A stretch of 37,305 bases of DNA from an archaeon (GCA_043813875.1 JBDRKP010000077.1:1-37305); one strand, 5' to 3'; shown: positions 9,713 to 18,929, counted from the stretch's first letter. Numbers and translations: made by a program. The notes: generated by a model from the letters alone, not told the origin.

Positions 9713-9976
9713 ATGTTAGAGACAATACCCTTCGAAGACGCGCTATTCGAAATACTATTGCTGGCAAGCATAATCGTATCCATAATCGCGATACACATGA
9801 AAGACCTCCTCTACGCCGTCATCATGCTCGCGATAGTCGACCTCTCGCTTGCAGCCCTCTTCTTCATGCTCGCCGCCCCCGACATCGCGATAACCCAGAT
9901 AGCAGTCACAGCAGCCCTTGCGACATTCATATTCATGATAGCCATCCACAAGACAGAAAGGAAAGAACAGCCATGA
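9713..9976 (+). CDS. mbhD: Mrp/Mbh subunit D (DUF4040/MnhB-N-like)
   Basis: KDLL.AVI…APDIAITQ motif and operon position. Confidence 0.82.
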   Translation: MLETIPFEDALFEILLLASIIVSIIAIHMKDLLYAVIMLAIVDLSLAALFFMLAAPDIAITQIAVTAALATFIFMIAIHKTERKEQP

Positions 9977-10275
9977 AACTGCTGCCAGTATACGGAGTCC
10001 TTGTATTCACGATACTCCTGCTCTATGCAGTATCAGACCTCCCGATAAACCACAACCCCGCCGTGAAAAACTACTACCTTCAAAACAGCCTCGAAAAGAC
10101 CGGCTCACCCAACATCGTCAACGCGATAGTCTGGGACTTCCGTGCCTACGACACCCTCGGCGAAGAGACCGTCCTCTTCACAGCAGTCCTCGCAGTATTC
10201 CTCATCGTCCACAGGAAAAGCGAATTCAAGCTCAAGACCCTCAAAAAACACATAAGGAAGATAACGGTGAGATGA
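9973..10275 (+). CDS. mbhE: Mrp/Mbh subunit E
   Basis: NIVNAIVWDFRAYDTLGE motif. Confidence 0.85.
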   Translation: MKLLPVYGVLVFTILLLYAVSDLPINHNPAVKNYYLQNSLEKTGSPNIVNAIVWDFRAYDTLGEETVLFTAVLAVFLIVHRKSEFKLKTLKKHIRKITVR

Positions 10276-10682
10276 TGGACCTCATAATAAAAACAGTCAC
10301 GCGCGTAATGTTTCCCTTCATAATACTCTTCGGCACATACATCGCTTTCCACGGCCACTTAAGCCCCGGCGGCGGCTTCCCTGCAGGCGCCATAATAGCG
10401 ACAGCATTCACCCTCCTCGTCCTCACCTTCACCGAAAAAGAAGTAGAGAACAGGTTCAAAGAATTCAGGCTCATAGACGCGAAAAGCATCGCAAGCATAG
10501 CCCTGCTGGTACTGATCATGCTCGAATTTTCAGTACGCGGAAAACTGCTCTCGCTCCAGGACAGCATGACCGTATGGTACGGCGGCGACACATTTTTCGC
10601 AAACATCTTCGGAAGCATGATAGTGGCGACAGGCCTCATAATCATCGTATACTCACTGGTAAAAGAGGAATGGAAACAATGA
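10272..10682 (+). CDS. mbhF: Mrp/Mbh subunit F (MnhB domain)
   Basis: HGHLSPGGGF.AG motif. Confidence 0.88.
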   Translation: MMDLIIKTVTRVMFPFIILFGTYIAFHGHLSPGGGFPAGAIIATAFTLLVLTFTEKEVENRFKEFRLIDAKSIASIALLVLIMLEFSVRGKLLSLQDSMTVWYGGDTFFANIFGSMIVATGLIIIVYSLVKEEWKQ

Positions 10683-11038
10683 TAGAGACAATAAATAACA
10701 TCGCCCGTGCATTCATCCCGAACGCGAACACACTGAAGATATTTGCGATATTCATAATCCTGTTCTTCGCCACACTGAAAAACAACCCGGTAGAATACGC
10801 AATAACAACACTGACCCCACTACAGCTCCACCAATACCACCACACGATCGCCCCCTTCACGCCCGTCGAACCGGAAGACTTCGGCACGAAACAATACTGC
10901 AAGGAAGCGACAGGCTTCATACAATGCGCAATACTATACCCGAAAGAGAACATGCAAAACATCGCGCTCTGGTACACGATATCAGCGCTGGCAGCCGGAC
11001 TCATAGCAAGATTCAGCAACAGAGGCAATGAACCATGA
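10679..11038 (+). CDS. Uncharacterised 119-aa two-TM membrane protein inside the mbh operon
   Basis: ATGA overlaps at both ends (10679 with the mbhF stop, 11035 with the mbhG start). Two hydrophobic segments flank a loop with two Cys. Same codon style as the operon. Confidence 0.7.
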   Translation: MIETINNIARAFIPNANTLKIFAIFIILFFATLKNNPVEYAITTLTPLQLHQYHHTIAPFTPVEPEDFGTKQYCKEATGFIQCAILYPKENMQNIALWYTISALAAGLIARFSNRGNEP

Positions 11039-11388
11039 TGATCGCATACTCATACATCACAGCCATAATACTCATAGCCCTCGGCACATACACACTCCTC
11101 GCAAAAGAGAACCTCATAAAAAAAGTCATAGGCCTCGGCATATTCACCGACGGCATCCACCTGCTCCTGATATCGATCGGCTACCGCGCCGAAGGCATAG
11201 CCCCGATAATAAGAGACATCAGCTTCAGCCAGTTCGGCACGATGGTAGACCCGCTCCCTCAGGCGCTCGTACTCACATCGATCGTGATTGACTTCTCAGT
11301 CACCGCGCTGGCCCTCGTCCTGATAATCCAGGTCCACAAGAAATTCAAAACGACAGACGCAAGAGAACTAAGGAGTCTGAAAGAATGA
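11035..11388 (+). CDS. mbhG: Mrp/Mbh subunit G (MnhC-like)
   Basis: NLIKKVIGL and DPLPQALVLTSIVI motifs. Confidence 0.9.
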   Translation: MMIAYSYITAIILIALGTYTLLAKENLIKKVIGLGIFTDGIHLLLISIGYRAEGIAPIIRDISFSQFGTMVDPLPQALVLTSIVIDFSVTALALVLIIQVHKKFKTTDARELRSLKE

Positions 11389-12830
11389 TAACAAGCTTCC
11401 TATCGATACCGGCGCTCCTGATAGCAGCATTCCTCATACCAGTCGCAGGCATCCACGAAAAAAAGATGGCCCCATACATCGCATTATCAGCGACAGCATT
11501 CAGCCTCCTCGCATCCATACTGACGATTCCCGAAATCATCGAAAAAAAGATACTCGTATACTACATGGGCGGCTGGGCCGCGCCATACGGCATAGCGATC
11601 GTAGTCGACTCATTCTCACTCATGGTGATAATACTTGTCACCCTCATAGGATTCCTCGCAACCCTCTTCTCACTGAAATACATAAAGGCATCAAGGGCAG
11701 AATACTACTCGCTCCTATGCCTGCTCCTCGTCGGCCTCCTCGGCATAACCCACACAGGCGACCTCTTCAACCTCTTCGTCTTCCTTGAGATAACATCACT
11801 CTCATCATATGCCCTGACATCATTCTATGCAGAAAAAAAATCAATTGAAGCAGCAATAAAATACCTGATAATGGGCGCATTCGCCACCTCGCTCGTCCTC
11901 CTCGCGATCGCCCTTGCATACGGCCTCACCGGCACCCTCAACATGGCAGACCTTGCACGCATACTAAAAAGCAGCACAAGCCCAACCGTCCCAATCATAA
12001 TGGGAATGCTCCTGACAGGCCTCGCATTCAAATCAGCGATAGTCCCGCTCCACGCATGGAAGCCTGACGTAATTGAGGCAACACCCGTCCCCATAGGCGC
12101 CATATTCGCATCAGCATCAACAACCGTATCAATCTACGCCATCATACGGGTGGCATACACGATATTCAGCGCTCCACTCACCTACACGCTCCTCATAGCC
12201 GGCACAATCACCATGCTCCTCGGCGCGATAATGGCCCTCCAGCAGAAGGACATCCTCCGCCTCCTCGCGTACTCGGCAATCTCGCAGGTCGGATACATCC
12301 TCATAGCATTCGCGACTGATGCCACATCAGGCATCTACCACCTCTTCAACGTAGCCATAATCGAGGCGCTCCTGTTTTTCTCAATCGGCGCAGTGATGAT
12401 TTCCACAAAAGAAAGCGACATGACACACCTGGGCAGGCTAACAGGCCACCACCCGGTAATACCAGCCGCATTCATGATAGGCATCCTCTCGAACGCAGGA
12501 ATACCGCTATTAAACGGCTTCTCAAGCAAATGGCTCATATACACGACAACCCTGCAAAGCTACCCGGTAATCATGATAGCCGCAATCCTCACATCAGTCC
12601 TCACCCTCGCATACTCCCTGAAAGCATACCAGCTCATATTCCGGTCCAGAAATATAGAGCAAACAAACCAAAAAAACATAGACCCGAAAATACTGGCCAC
12701 GCTGCTGATCCTTATGATGATCTGCATCTACTTCGGCATATTCGCAGGTTCTGGTGCAGAAATATCAGGAAACATCGCATCCACCCTATCAGATAACACG
12801 CAATACATAAAGGCGGTGCTGAAACTATGA
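11385..12830 (+). CDS. mbhH: Mrp/Mbh subunit H (MnhD/NuoN-like proton-conducting membrane subunit)
   Basis: GGW.APYGI, TGDLFNLFVFLEI, EAAIKY, K.AIVPLHAW.PD, RLLAYS, GIP.LNGF.SKW. Confidence 0.92.
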   Translation: MITSFLSIPALLIAAFLIPVAGIHEKKMAPYIALSATAFSLLASILTIPEIIEKKILVYYMGGWAAPYGIAIVVDSFSLMVIILVTLIGFLATLFSLKYIKASRAEYYSLLCLLLVGLLGITHTGDLFNLFVFLEITSLSSYALTSFYAEKKSIEAAIKYLIMGAFATSLVLLAIALAYGLTGTLNMADLARILKSSTSPTVPIIMGMLLTGLAFKSAIVPLHAWKPDVIEATPVPIGAIFASASTTVSIYAIIRVAYTIFSAPLTYTLLIAGTITMLLGAIMALQQKDILRLLAYSAISQVGYILIAFATDATSGIYHLFNVAIIEALLFFSIGAVMISTKESDMTHLGRLTGHHPVIPAAFMIGILSNAGIPLLNGFSSKWLIYTTTLQSYPVIMIAAILTSVLTLAYSLKAYQLIFRSRNIEQTNQKNIDPKILATLLILMMICIYFGIFAGSGAEISGNIASTLSDNTQYIKAVLKL

Positions 12831-13162
12831 GCACGACCCTGGCCCTGGCCTACCCTGACTTCAAATACATCATCGTAATCGGACTGCTCATAGCAGCCAT
12901 AATCCTGGCCGCAGCAAACATGATGAGATACAAGAAAAAAAAGGCTATCGTAAGCGGCAGTACAAAAACATACACATGCGGCGAGAACATAGACCCTGAC
13001 ACTCTCACCATTTCACCGGACACGTTCTATAAGACATTCATAAAAGCATTCCAGCTCAACAGCCTAAAAAAACTCCACAGCGGATCACTCACAGAATACC
13101 TGCACTGGATGTTTGCGACACTGGTGATAATACTAACGGCAATGGTGCTACTATGGTATTAA
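12827..13162 (+). CDS. mbhI: Mbh subunit I-like membrane protein
   Basis: One TM, then YTCGE, then LHSG.L.EYL.W and a C-terminal TM. Lies between H and J. Confidence 0.65.
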   Translation: MSTTLALAYPDFKYIIVIGLLIAAIILAAANMMRYKKKKAIVSGSTKTYTCGENIDPDTLTISPDTFYKTFIKAFQLNSLKKLHSGSLTEYLHWMFATLVIILTAMVLLWY

Positions 13163-13599
13163 GAAAGATAATAAACCACTCGAGGATAAAATCACCCTAC
13201 ATCCTGCACTTCGACGCCTCAGGATGCAACGGCTGCTCGATCGAGGTCCTCGCATGCCTCACGCCCCGCTACGACATCGAGCGCTTCGGCGCAGTCGAGA
13301 AAGGCAACCCCCGCCACGCAGACATACTCCTGGTCGGCGGCGCGCTATCCCATAAGATGGCCCCGCGACTGAAAAGACTCTACGACCAGATGCCCGAACC
13401 CAAATCAGTCATATCGATCGGCGCATGCGGCATAACATCCGGCATCTTCAAAGAGGCATACAACATCTGCGGTCCCCTCGACAAGATAATACCCGTCGAC
13501 GTATACGTCGCCGGCTGCCCCCCGAAACCCGAAGCCATAATCAACGGCATGATAAAAGCCCTGGCCATATGGAAAGATAAGCTAAACAGAAATCAATAG
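13153..13599 (+). CDS. mbhJ: Group 4 [NiFe]-hydrogenase/complex-I-like small Fe-S subunit (MbhJ/NuoB family)
   Basis: GCNGCSIE, PRHADILLV.G, IGACG and GCPPKPE motifs. Confidence 0.9.
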   Translation: MVLRKIINHSRIKSPYILHFDASGCNGCSIEVLACLTPRYDIERFGAVEKGNPRHADILLVGGALSHKMAPRLKRLYDQMPEPKSVISIGACGITSGIFKEAYNICGPLDKIIPVDVYVAGCPPKPEAIINGMIKALAIWKDKLNRNQ

Positions 13600-13650
13600 A
13601 CACACAATATAAAACGCAGGACAAAAAAATAAAAGACACACGCAGACATC

Positions 13651-13719
13651 TTAGCCTATATAATCGCATATATCTCTTAACTTCTCAACAAATTCCCGCT
13701 CTTCGTCATTGTTAACCAT
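13651..13719 (-). CDS. Candidate 22-aa small protein MVNNDEEREFVEKLRDICDYIG
   Basis: ATG at 13719, TAA at 13651. TTTATATA on the minus strand (13743-13750) lies 24-31 nt upstream, which fits leaderless geometry. Confidence 0.35.
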   Translation of the reverse strand: MVNNDEEREFVEKLRDICDYIG

Positions 13720-13892
13720 ACTAACACAATGGACGCTTTAAGTATATAAACCTAACACATTCCATGAAAATGATTCCAAAAAAAAGCAACCCACCGGATT
13801 TGCAAATAAGACCGATAATTGCGCTTCCAGATAAGGCAGAAACCGGCAAAAAGCGCGCTCTTTGCCCAAAAACAACGCGTAAAGCGCACAAA

Positions 13893-13921
13893 AATTCGTT
13901 TAATCCCGAGTTATATCCAAT
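13893..13921 (+). other. Recombination-site-like box B (AATTCGTTTAA-tcccgag-TTATATCCAAT)
   Basis: Related to boxes A, C and D. Immediately followed by a 13-bp arm that recurs inverted at 15299-15311. Confidence 0.55.
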
Positions 13922-14030
13922 TTTTGGATTACCTCTAAAAAACGAGAGAATGTCCGAAGGACAACGCCTCTCTGACTTTTACTTCGTAAAAGAATTTATG
14001 GGAAGGAGGTGTCAAGATAGATATGTCTTC

Positions 14031-15110
14031 TCATTGTTTAATGTTAAATGAATTTATTGTATCATTAAATGTCTCTTCGTACATACGATATAACTCATCT
14101 TGAGAGCTATATGTGAAAATATAAGCTATCCCATTGGCGAAAAATACTACCTTTCTCAGTTTCCATCCGCTATCTTCCCCAACAAGTATATCATACCCAT
14201 CAATATTATTTACTGAAATTGTAGCCTCATTTAAGATTGGCAACCCTGACATCTCTGCTTCTTTTTTGAATTCATCTGTAACTTCGTGTAAATTTGTGGC
14301 TGATTTTACCATGAATTCGAGGTCAACTGAAACTTCTAATTCGTAATCAAGTCCTTCTAATTTTATTTTGATATCCTTTCCGAATGATACGACTTTTTTA
14401 ATATTCTCATCTGGAAAATCCTCACCAGTATGAATTTCCCAACCGTCTGGATATTCAAAACCATAGTTGAGTTTATCGTCATAAACATACCCTCCGGTTG
14501 ATAGAGGTCCTCCATATGGTTCTGGTTCATTAGGTAGATTTGGCATAATTGGTTGTTCTTCTGTTTGTATAGCATTTAATAATTCATAAGTTCCACATTT
14601 TGTGTCTACATAATTCTTAGTCTTACTATCAAATATAATCTCAACACTTGTTCTCATATTATTGATGATATTTCCGTTGGCATCTACTTGATAAAGAACT
14701 ATTGGTCTGATAAAATCCCCACAATATACATAATCTGGTTCATAGTCACCTGCATTCCCTAATTCAATATGTCTGCTTCCTAAATCACACATGTAATAAC
14801 CCTTGTCTGGTTCTAAATTAGGAAAACCTCTATCTTCAGGGGTTGAAGAAAACCACGCTACTCTTGAATCAAATATTAATCTATCAGTTTCAGTGCTGTA
14901 ATCTATTTTTTCAGCTACCCAAGCATCTGCTTGTTCATCATAACCATAAAGTATAGCGTTTGATAATTCCGGACAAACTATACCTGAACTTTGGTTTGGC
15001 TTAGTCAAGGACATCAAAATTCCAGATATAACTGCAATGGCTATTATACCTAAAATAATCGTCAAAATCAAATGTTTTCTAAACCAAGACTGTTTTAGTT
15101 CCTTTTCCAT
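14031..15110 (-). CDS. Membrane-anchored extracellular protein with C-terminal PsbP-like domain, accessory cargo
   Basis: N-terminal SWFRKH plus a TM anchor. C-terminal Y.FEYPDGW…ISVNNIDGY…AYIFTY…F…INSF pattern of PsbP-like domains. AT-rich. Confidence 0.65.
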   Translation of the reverse strand: MEKELKQSWFRKHLILTIILGIIAIAVISGILMSLTKPNQSSGIVCPELSNAILYGYDEQADAWVAEKIDYSTETDRLIFDSRVAWFSSTPEDRGFPNLEPDKGYYMCDLGSRHIELGNAGDYEPDYVYCGDFIRPIVLYQVDANGNIINNMRTSVEIIFDSKTKNYVDTKCGTYELLNAIQTEEQPIMPNLPNEPEPYGGPLSTGGYVYDDKLNYGFEYPDGWEIHTGEDFPDENIKKVVSFGKDIKIKLEGLDYELEVSVDLEFMVKSATNLHEVTDEFKKEAEMSGLPILNEATISVNNIDGYDILVGEDSGWKLRKVVFFANGIAYIFTYSSQDELYRMYEETFNDTINSFNIKQ

Positions 15111-15436
15111 TTATTCACCACTCTTAATGATATATATGCCTATGTTTATATACCATCCTGTTATTACGTACTCTCGGTCAATTTTTATGGAAAAACAAGA
15201 TCCCCTTCTATCTTCTTTTTTTAGAAAAAATAAACAAAAAATCTGACGCCTCTCTCTCGTCCTTAGGGCAGATACACTCGCCTGTGGCTTGAAAAGACGG
15301 TAATCCAAAAACTCTTCGCCAATTTTTGCCTTAGGCAAAAACCATTGCACTTTGGCTCGGTCTCCGCTATACTCCGACGAATATAGACTACACTCGGTTG
15401 CACCTCGCTTTGTCCAAATTTTTGGCTACGCCAAAA

Positions 15437-15466
15437 ACTTCTTTTAATCGCGAGATTATACGCAAT
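15437..15466 (+). other. Recombination-site-like box C (ACTTCTTTTAA-tcgcgaga-TTATACGCAAT), imperfect direct repeat of box B
   Basis: Closes the 14-15 kb cassette. Preceded by hairpins TTTTTGCC-tta-GGCAAAAA (15323-15341) and TTTTTGGC-tac-GCCAAAAA (15419-15437). Confidence 0.5.
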
Positions 15467-15566
15467 TCCAATTCAAAAATCACGCCAGACAAAAAACACC
15501 TTCTGCAATCCCACCAAAATCCCCCCCGGACACAATAATAAATAATTACAGTAACAAAAATACACC

Positions 15567-16262
15567 ATGAAAATAGTGATCTCACTCGGAGGCTCGCTTA
15601 TAACCGACGGCTTCAGCGCAGAAAAAATCAACGGATACAGAGAAGCCATAAAAGCCATACATAAGACAACAGACAAGCTGGTAATAGTGGTAGGCGGCGG
15701 AAAAATCGCCCGCGAATACATAGACCTCATAAAAGACATCGGCATGGACCGTAACGCCCAGGACAATATCGCAATAACACTCACCCACGCCAACGCAAAA
15801 ATCATATCACTCGCACTCAACCACAAGACCCCCGGCCTCGCAAACGAGACAATCCCGCGCACAGAACAGGACATAACAAATCAATTACAGAACCTAGACA
15901 GGTCAAAAATACTGGTCTGCGGCGGCACGATCCCGGGCCAGTCGACAGACAGCGTCGCAGCAAAGATAGCAAGAGACATCCATGCAGACCTCCTCATCAA
16001 CGCATCAGACATAGACGGCGTCTACGACAGCGACCCAAAAAAGAACATCGCCGCAAAAAAATACAACACCCTCACATACGACAGGCTCAGGGAAATCATA
16101 AGCAACAACGAGCAATCACCAGGCAAATACGCCCTGTTCGACAAATCGGCGGCAGACATAATAAGGCAGCACAAGATCAGGACAATAATCATCAATGCGA
16201 CAGACCCCGAAGAACTCATAAAAGCGACAGGAAAAACCCACACAGGAACAACAATAGAATAA
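15567..16262 (+). CDS. pyrH: Uridylate kinase (archaeal type)
   Basis: ISLGGS, VVGGGKIAREYI, GGTIPGQSTD.VAA, DGVYD.DPK and GT.I motifs. Confidence 0.95.
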   Translation: MKIVISLGGSLITDGFSAEKINGYREAIKAIHKTTDKLVIVVGGGKIAREYIDLIKDIGMDRNAQDNIAITLTHANAKIISLALNHKTPGLANETIPRTEQDITNQLQNLDRSKILVCGGTIPGQSTDSVAAKIARDIHADLLINASDIDGVYDSDPKKNIAAKKYNTLTYDRLREIISNNEQSPGKYALFDKSAADIIRQHKIRTIIINATDPEELIKATGKTHTGTTIE

Positions 16263-16481
16263 AACAGAATAGAGGTATGCCAGATGAGGCAAATCATGCG
16301 CCTTTCAGCGTTCAAAGACTGCACAGATGACATGAAACACCACGCAAAAATACAGGACTTCTTCTATAATTTACTAAAAGACATGGGCTTTGCAAGCCCA
16401 TTATATATTCATATTTCGAAGATGTCCCTTAAAAAAGAAGCATGAAGAACATATTCAAAAAAGAAGAAAATAGGTAAAATC

Positions 16482-16991
16482 ATGGAAAACGAATGCATGA
16501 TATGGCTTAAAGAGTGCATGGACGCATTTTCAAAATTGAAAAACTATAGGATAACCGCAGAATATGCAAAAATGAGCCCTGAAACACTCTACATAACACA
16601 CGGGAGTTCAAGAATAACCCGCGATATTGACCCTGAGACAGTTCTTCTAAAGGGAGATGCAAGCGTAACAATAATAGAGAAGCGCAATAAAAAGTTCAGA
16701 ATAGACTTAAACCAGAATATCAGGAAAATAAGAAATCCGCTCTTGCGAAAACAGGTGGTGACGCACATGCTGATCAGCGCCCTCGTGCGGATAGAAAGCA
16801 AGCGGATGATTACAAAAAGAAAAGAGGGCGAACGCAGAAAAAACAAGCGTATGCCAAAAAAAGAATTTGACGAGATATTTCTGGAGAAGTATAACGGAAT
16901 GCGCGCCAGATCCCGCCTGCCTCCCATTGCAAACATGGCAAATATCGATGCAGCGATAAGAAAGATACTATCGGAAATAAGGTTCGATTAG
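16482..16991 (+). CDS. Hypothetical basic protein, possibly a degenerate zincin/SprT-like fold
   Basis: 169-aa ORF. The FRIDLN…LRKQVVTHML segment resembles the context preceding HExxH, but the motif is not intact. Confidence 0.55.
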   Translation: MENECMIWLKECMDAFSKLKNYRITAEYAKMSPETLYITHGSSRITRDIDPETVLLKGDASVTIIEKRNKKFRIDLNQNIRKIRNPLLRKQVVTHMLISALVRIESKRMITKRKEGERRKNKRMPKKEFDEIFLEKYNGMRARSRLPPIANMANIDAAIRKILSEIRFD

Positions 16992-17005
16992 GATTGGTGA
17001 TAAAA

Positions 17006-17551
17006 ATGGCAATATTGCAGTTGAAAATAAGTTTAAAGGTCATCTCCCCCCCAGTCTGGAGGAGAATACTTGTCGAAGACAACATAACATTTGACAGACT
17101 CAACAACATAATTCAGGCAACAATGGGATGGGGAGGCTATCACCTGTATGTGTTCGACGTTGGCGGCGAAGAAATCGGCATCCCCGACAAAGAATTTGAC
17201 GTAGACATGACCGATTCCAGACGGGCTTATATCTCAAAATACCTTTACGCTGAAAACCAGAAGTTTGAGTATGTCTATGATTTCGGCGACAACTGGCAAC
17301 ACACAATAATTCTTGAAAAAATTCTTAGAAAAGACCCGAATGGAAAATATCCAATATGCATCAAAGGAAAAAATGCATGCCCACCCGATGATTGCGGAGG
17401 TCCATGGGGATATAAAGAATTGCTGGAAGCCATAAAAAATCCAAGCCATGAGGAGCATAAAGAAATGCTCGAGTGGATCGGCGGCGGCAAATTCGACCCA
17501 GAGGAATTCGACATTGACGATGTGAATGAAGAGCTTTCAGAATATCAATAA
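17006..17551 (+). CDS. Plasmid pRiA4b ORF-3 family protein
   Basis: QLKISL..ISPPVWRRI, L…IQ.TMGW…HL..F, Y.YDFGDNW.H and CPPDDCGG..GY. ATG at 17006 follows a GGTGA SD. Confidence 0.9.
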   Translation: MAILQLKISLKVISPPVWRRILVEDNITFDRLNNIIQATMGWGGYHLYVFDVGGEEIGIPDKEFDVDMTDSRRAYISKYLYAENQKFEYVYDFGDNWQHTIILEKILRKDPNGKYPICIKGKNACPPDDCGGPWGYKELLEAIKNPSHEEHKEMLEWIGGGKFDPEEFDIDDVNEELSEYQ

Positions 17552-17695
17552 TCATAATGCAGAAAAGAGCGAGCCTATAGGGAACAGCAGTACATCTAAA
17601 TATGCAGGGCGAAAAAAACACATAGTACAACAATTGCGTGAAAGGAGGAGGAGACGATAGAACCGCCAGTCAAAGATAAAGCAGAGCATCTCATC

Positions 17696-18136
17696 ATGCT
17701 TACCACTGAATTTTCAGACAAACATCTTGATGCAGAATATAAAGAGCTTTGCGAAAAGCTCATAATGAAGATGGCGCGCAAACGCAATGTGCCGTTCAGG
17801 TACGGGAAACCGGAAATATGGGCTGCGGCAGTCATCCATGCTGTAGGAAACATCAACTTCCTCTTTGACAAGAGCTTTAAGCCCTACATAAGCGCAGAGG
17901 ATCTATGCGATTACTTCGGCGCATCAACAAGTGCAGTCACAGGCAAATCCAAAAGCATCCGCGACATGTTCAGGATGGGATACTGGGACAGGGACTTTTC
18001 CACAAGGCGCATGAAAGAAAAAGACCCGTATGCCAACATGGTATCCATAAACGGCCTGATAGTGGATATACGCATGCTTCCGCCAGAATTACAGGAAATG
18101 ATGCAAAAAAAGAGAACAGAAGAAGAAAACAGATAA
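17696..18136 (+). CDS. DUF6398-like protein (true start may be about 13 codons upstream)
   Basis: L..EY..LC.KL..K.ARKR..P…G..EIWAAA…NFLFDKSF.PY pattern. Confidence 0.75.
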   Translation: MLTTEFSDKHLDAEYKELCEKLIMKMARKRNVPFRYGKPEIWAAAVIHAVGNINFLFDKSFKPYISAEDLCDYFGASTSAVTGKSKSIRDMFRMGYWDRDFSTRRMKEKDPYANMVSINGLIVDIRMLPPELQEMMQKKRTEEENR

Positions 18137-18149
18137 CGCTACACTTATA

Positions 18150-18479
18150 ATGGCAGGAATCAACAGGTTACAGGAAAAAGAATTCGAGAAGATGTTAGAG
18201 GAAGCGACAATCGATTGCTACAGTGAATACGAAGAATTTTCAGGCATTGAAACCGCACTTGACGACGAACTGGAATTCCCTTTTGATGCGCTCGTGCTTG
18301 GCAGGCAGGCAAAAATCACAGGTGTTGATTCTGACAAAAGCAGTTTGCGCGCAGGGATAATAATGAAGGCAGAGATTGACGGGAAGAAGCATGCAGTGGC
18401 GCTTACGATGATAGACATTGAAGACAAAGATTCAAAGAACGCAAAATGGCTTGGCGCAGTAAAATGGTGGATGCGATAG
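18150..18479 (+). CDS. CcbP-like (calcium-binding protein family) acidic small protein
   Basis: EATIDCY.E.E…G….L…L.FPF.A…G pattern and C-terminal N…L..(Y/V)KWW. Confidence 0.72.
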   Translation: MAGINRLQEKEFEKMLEEATIDCYSEYEEFSGIETALDDELEFPFDALVLGRQAKITGVDSDKSSLRAGIIMKAEIDGKKHAVALTMIDIEDKDSKNAKWLGAVKWWMR

Positions 18480-18689
18480 CGAAGATTATAAGTGATTATA
18501 TGGCTGATAACAAAATAGACCTGACATCCCATTTGTAGACACATGATTATCAGTCATCGCAACTGAATTATGTAAAAACATCAGCGATTCATAAAAAGAA
18601 GACCCAAAAAAACATAGCAGCCCGAAATGTAGAATAATATAAAAGCACATAAGCCCAAAAGTACATATACAAAAAAAACAGGGTCAAAC

Positions 18690-18929
18690 ATGCCAATCAC
18701 AACAGACTTCGAGATGATAATCAGCTTTTTTCTAATATCGATACTCATATTCAGCGCAATAAACATCATCTACCTCACGCGCATCTCAAGTAGCCTGAAA
18801 CAGCAAAAACAGGACACAAAAGAAGACCACACAACGAACCGCGACATACTGGCAGAAAAAATAGAGACCAACCACAACATACTCTCAGAACTCAACATGA
18901 AAATAGAAAAAATAAATAACAAAAAATGA
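18690..18929 (+). CDS. Small membrane-anchored coiled-coil hypothetical protein
   Basis: N-terminal TM segment and a charged tail. Backbone-like codon style. Confidence 0.55.
   Translation: MPITTDFEMIISFFLISILIFSAINIIYLTRISSSLKQQKQDTKEDHTTNRDILAEKIETNHNILSELNMKIEKINNKK

Noticed and set aside
13764..14051. ORFs over cassette or MITE flanks (13764-14051, 15111-15350, 8464-8730, 27679-27864)
   Set aside because: They run across repeat or hairpin DNA and show no protein-like features.
16383..18557. Small hairpins at ~16383-16401 (ATGGGCTT/AAGCCCAT) and ~18500-18557 as borders of a fourth cassette
   Set aside because: No TTATAnnCAAT box and no inverted repeat spanning the block was found, so it is not counted with the cassette system.
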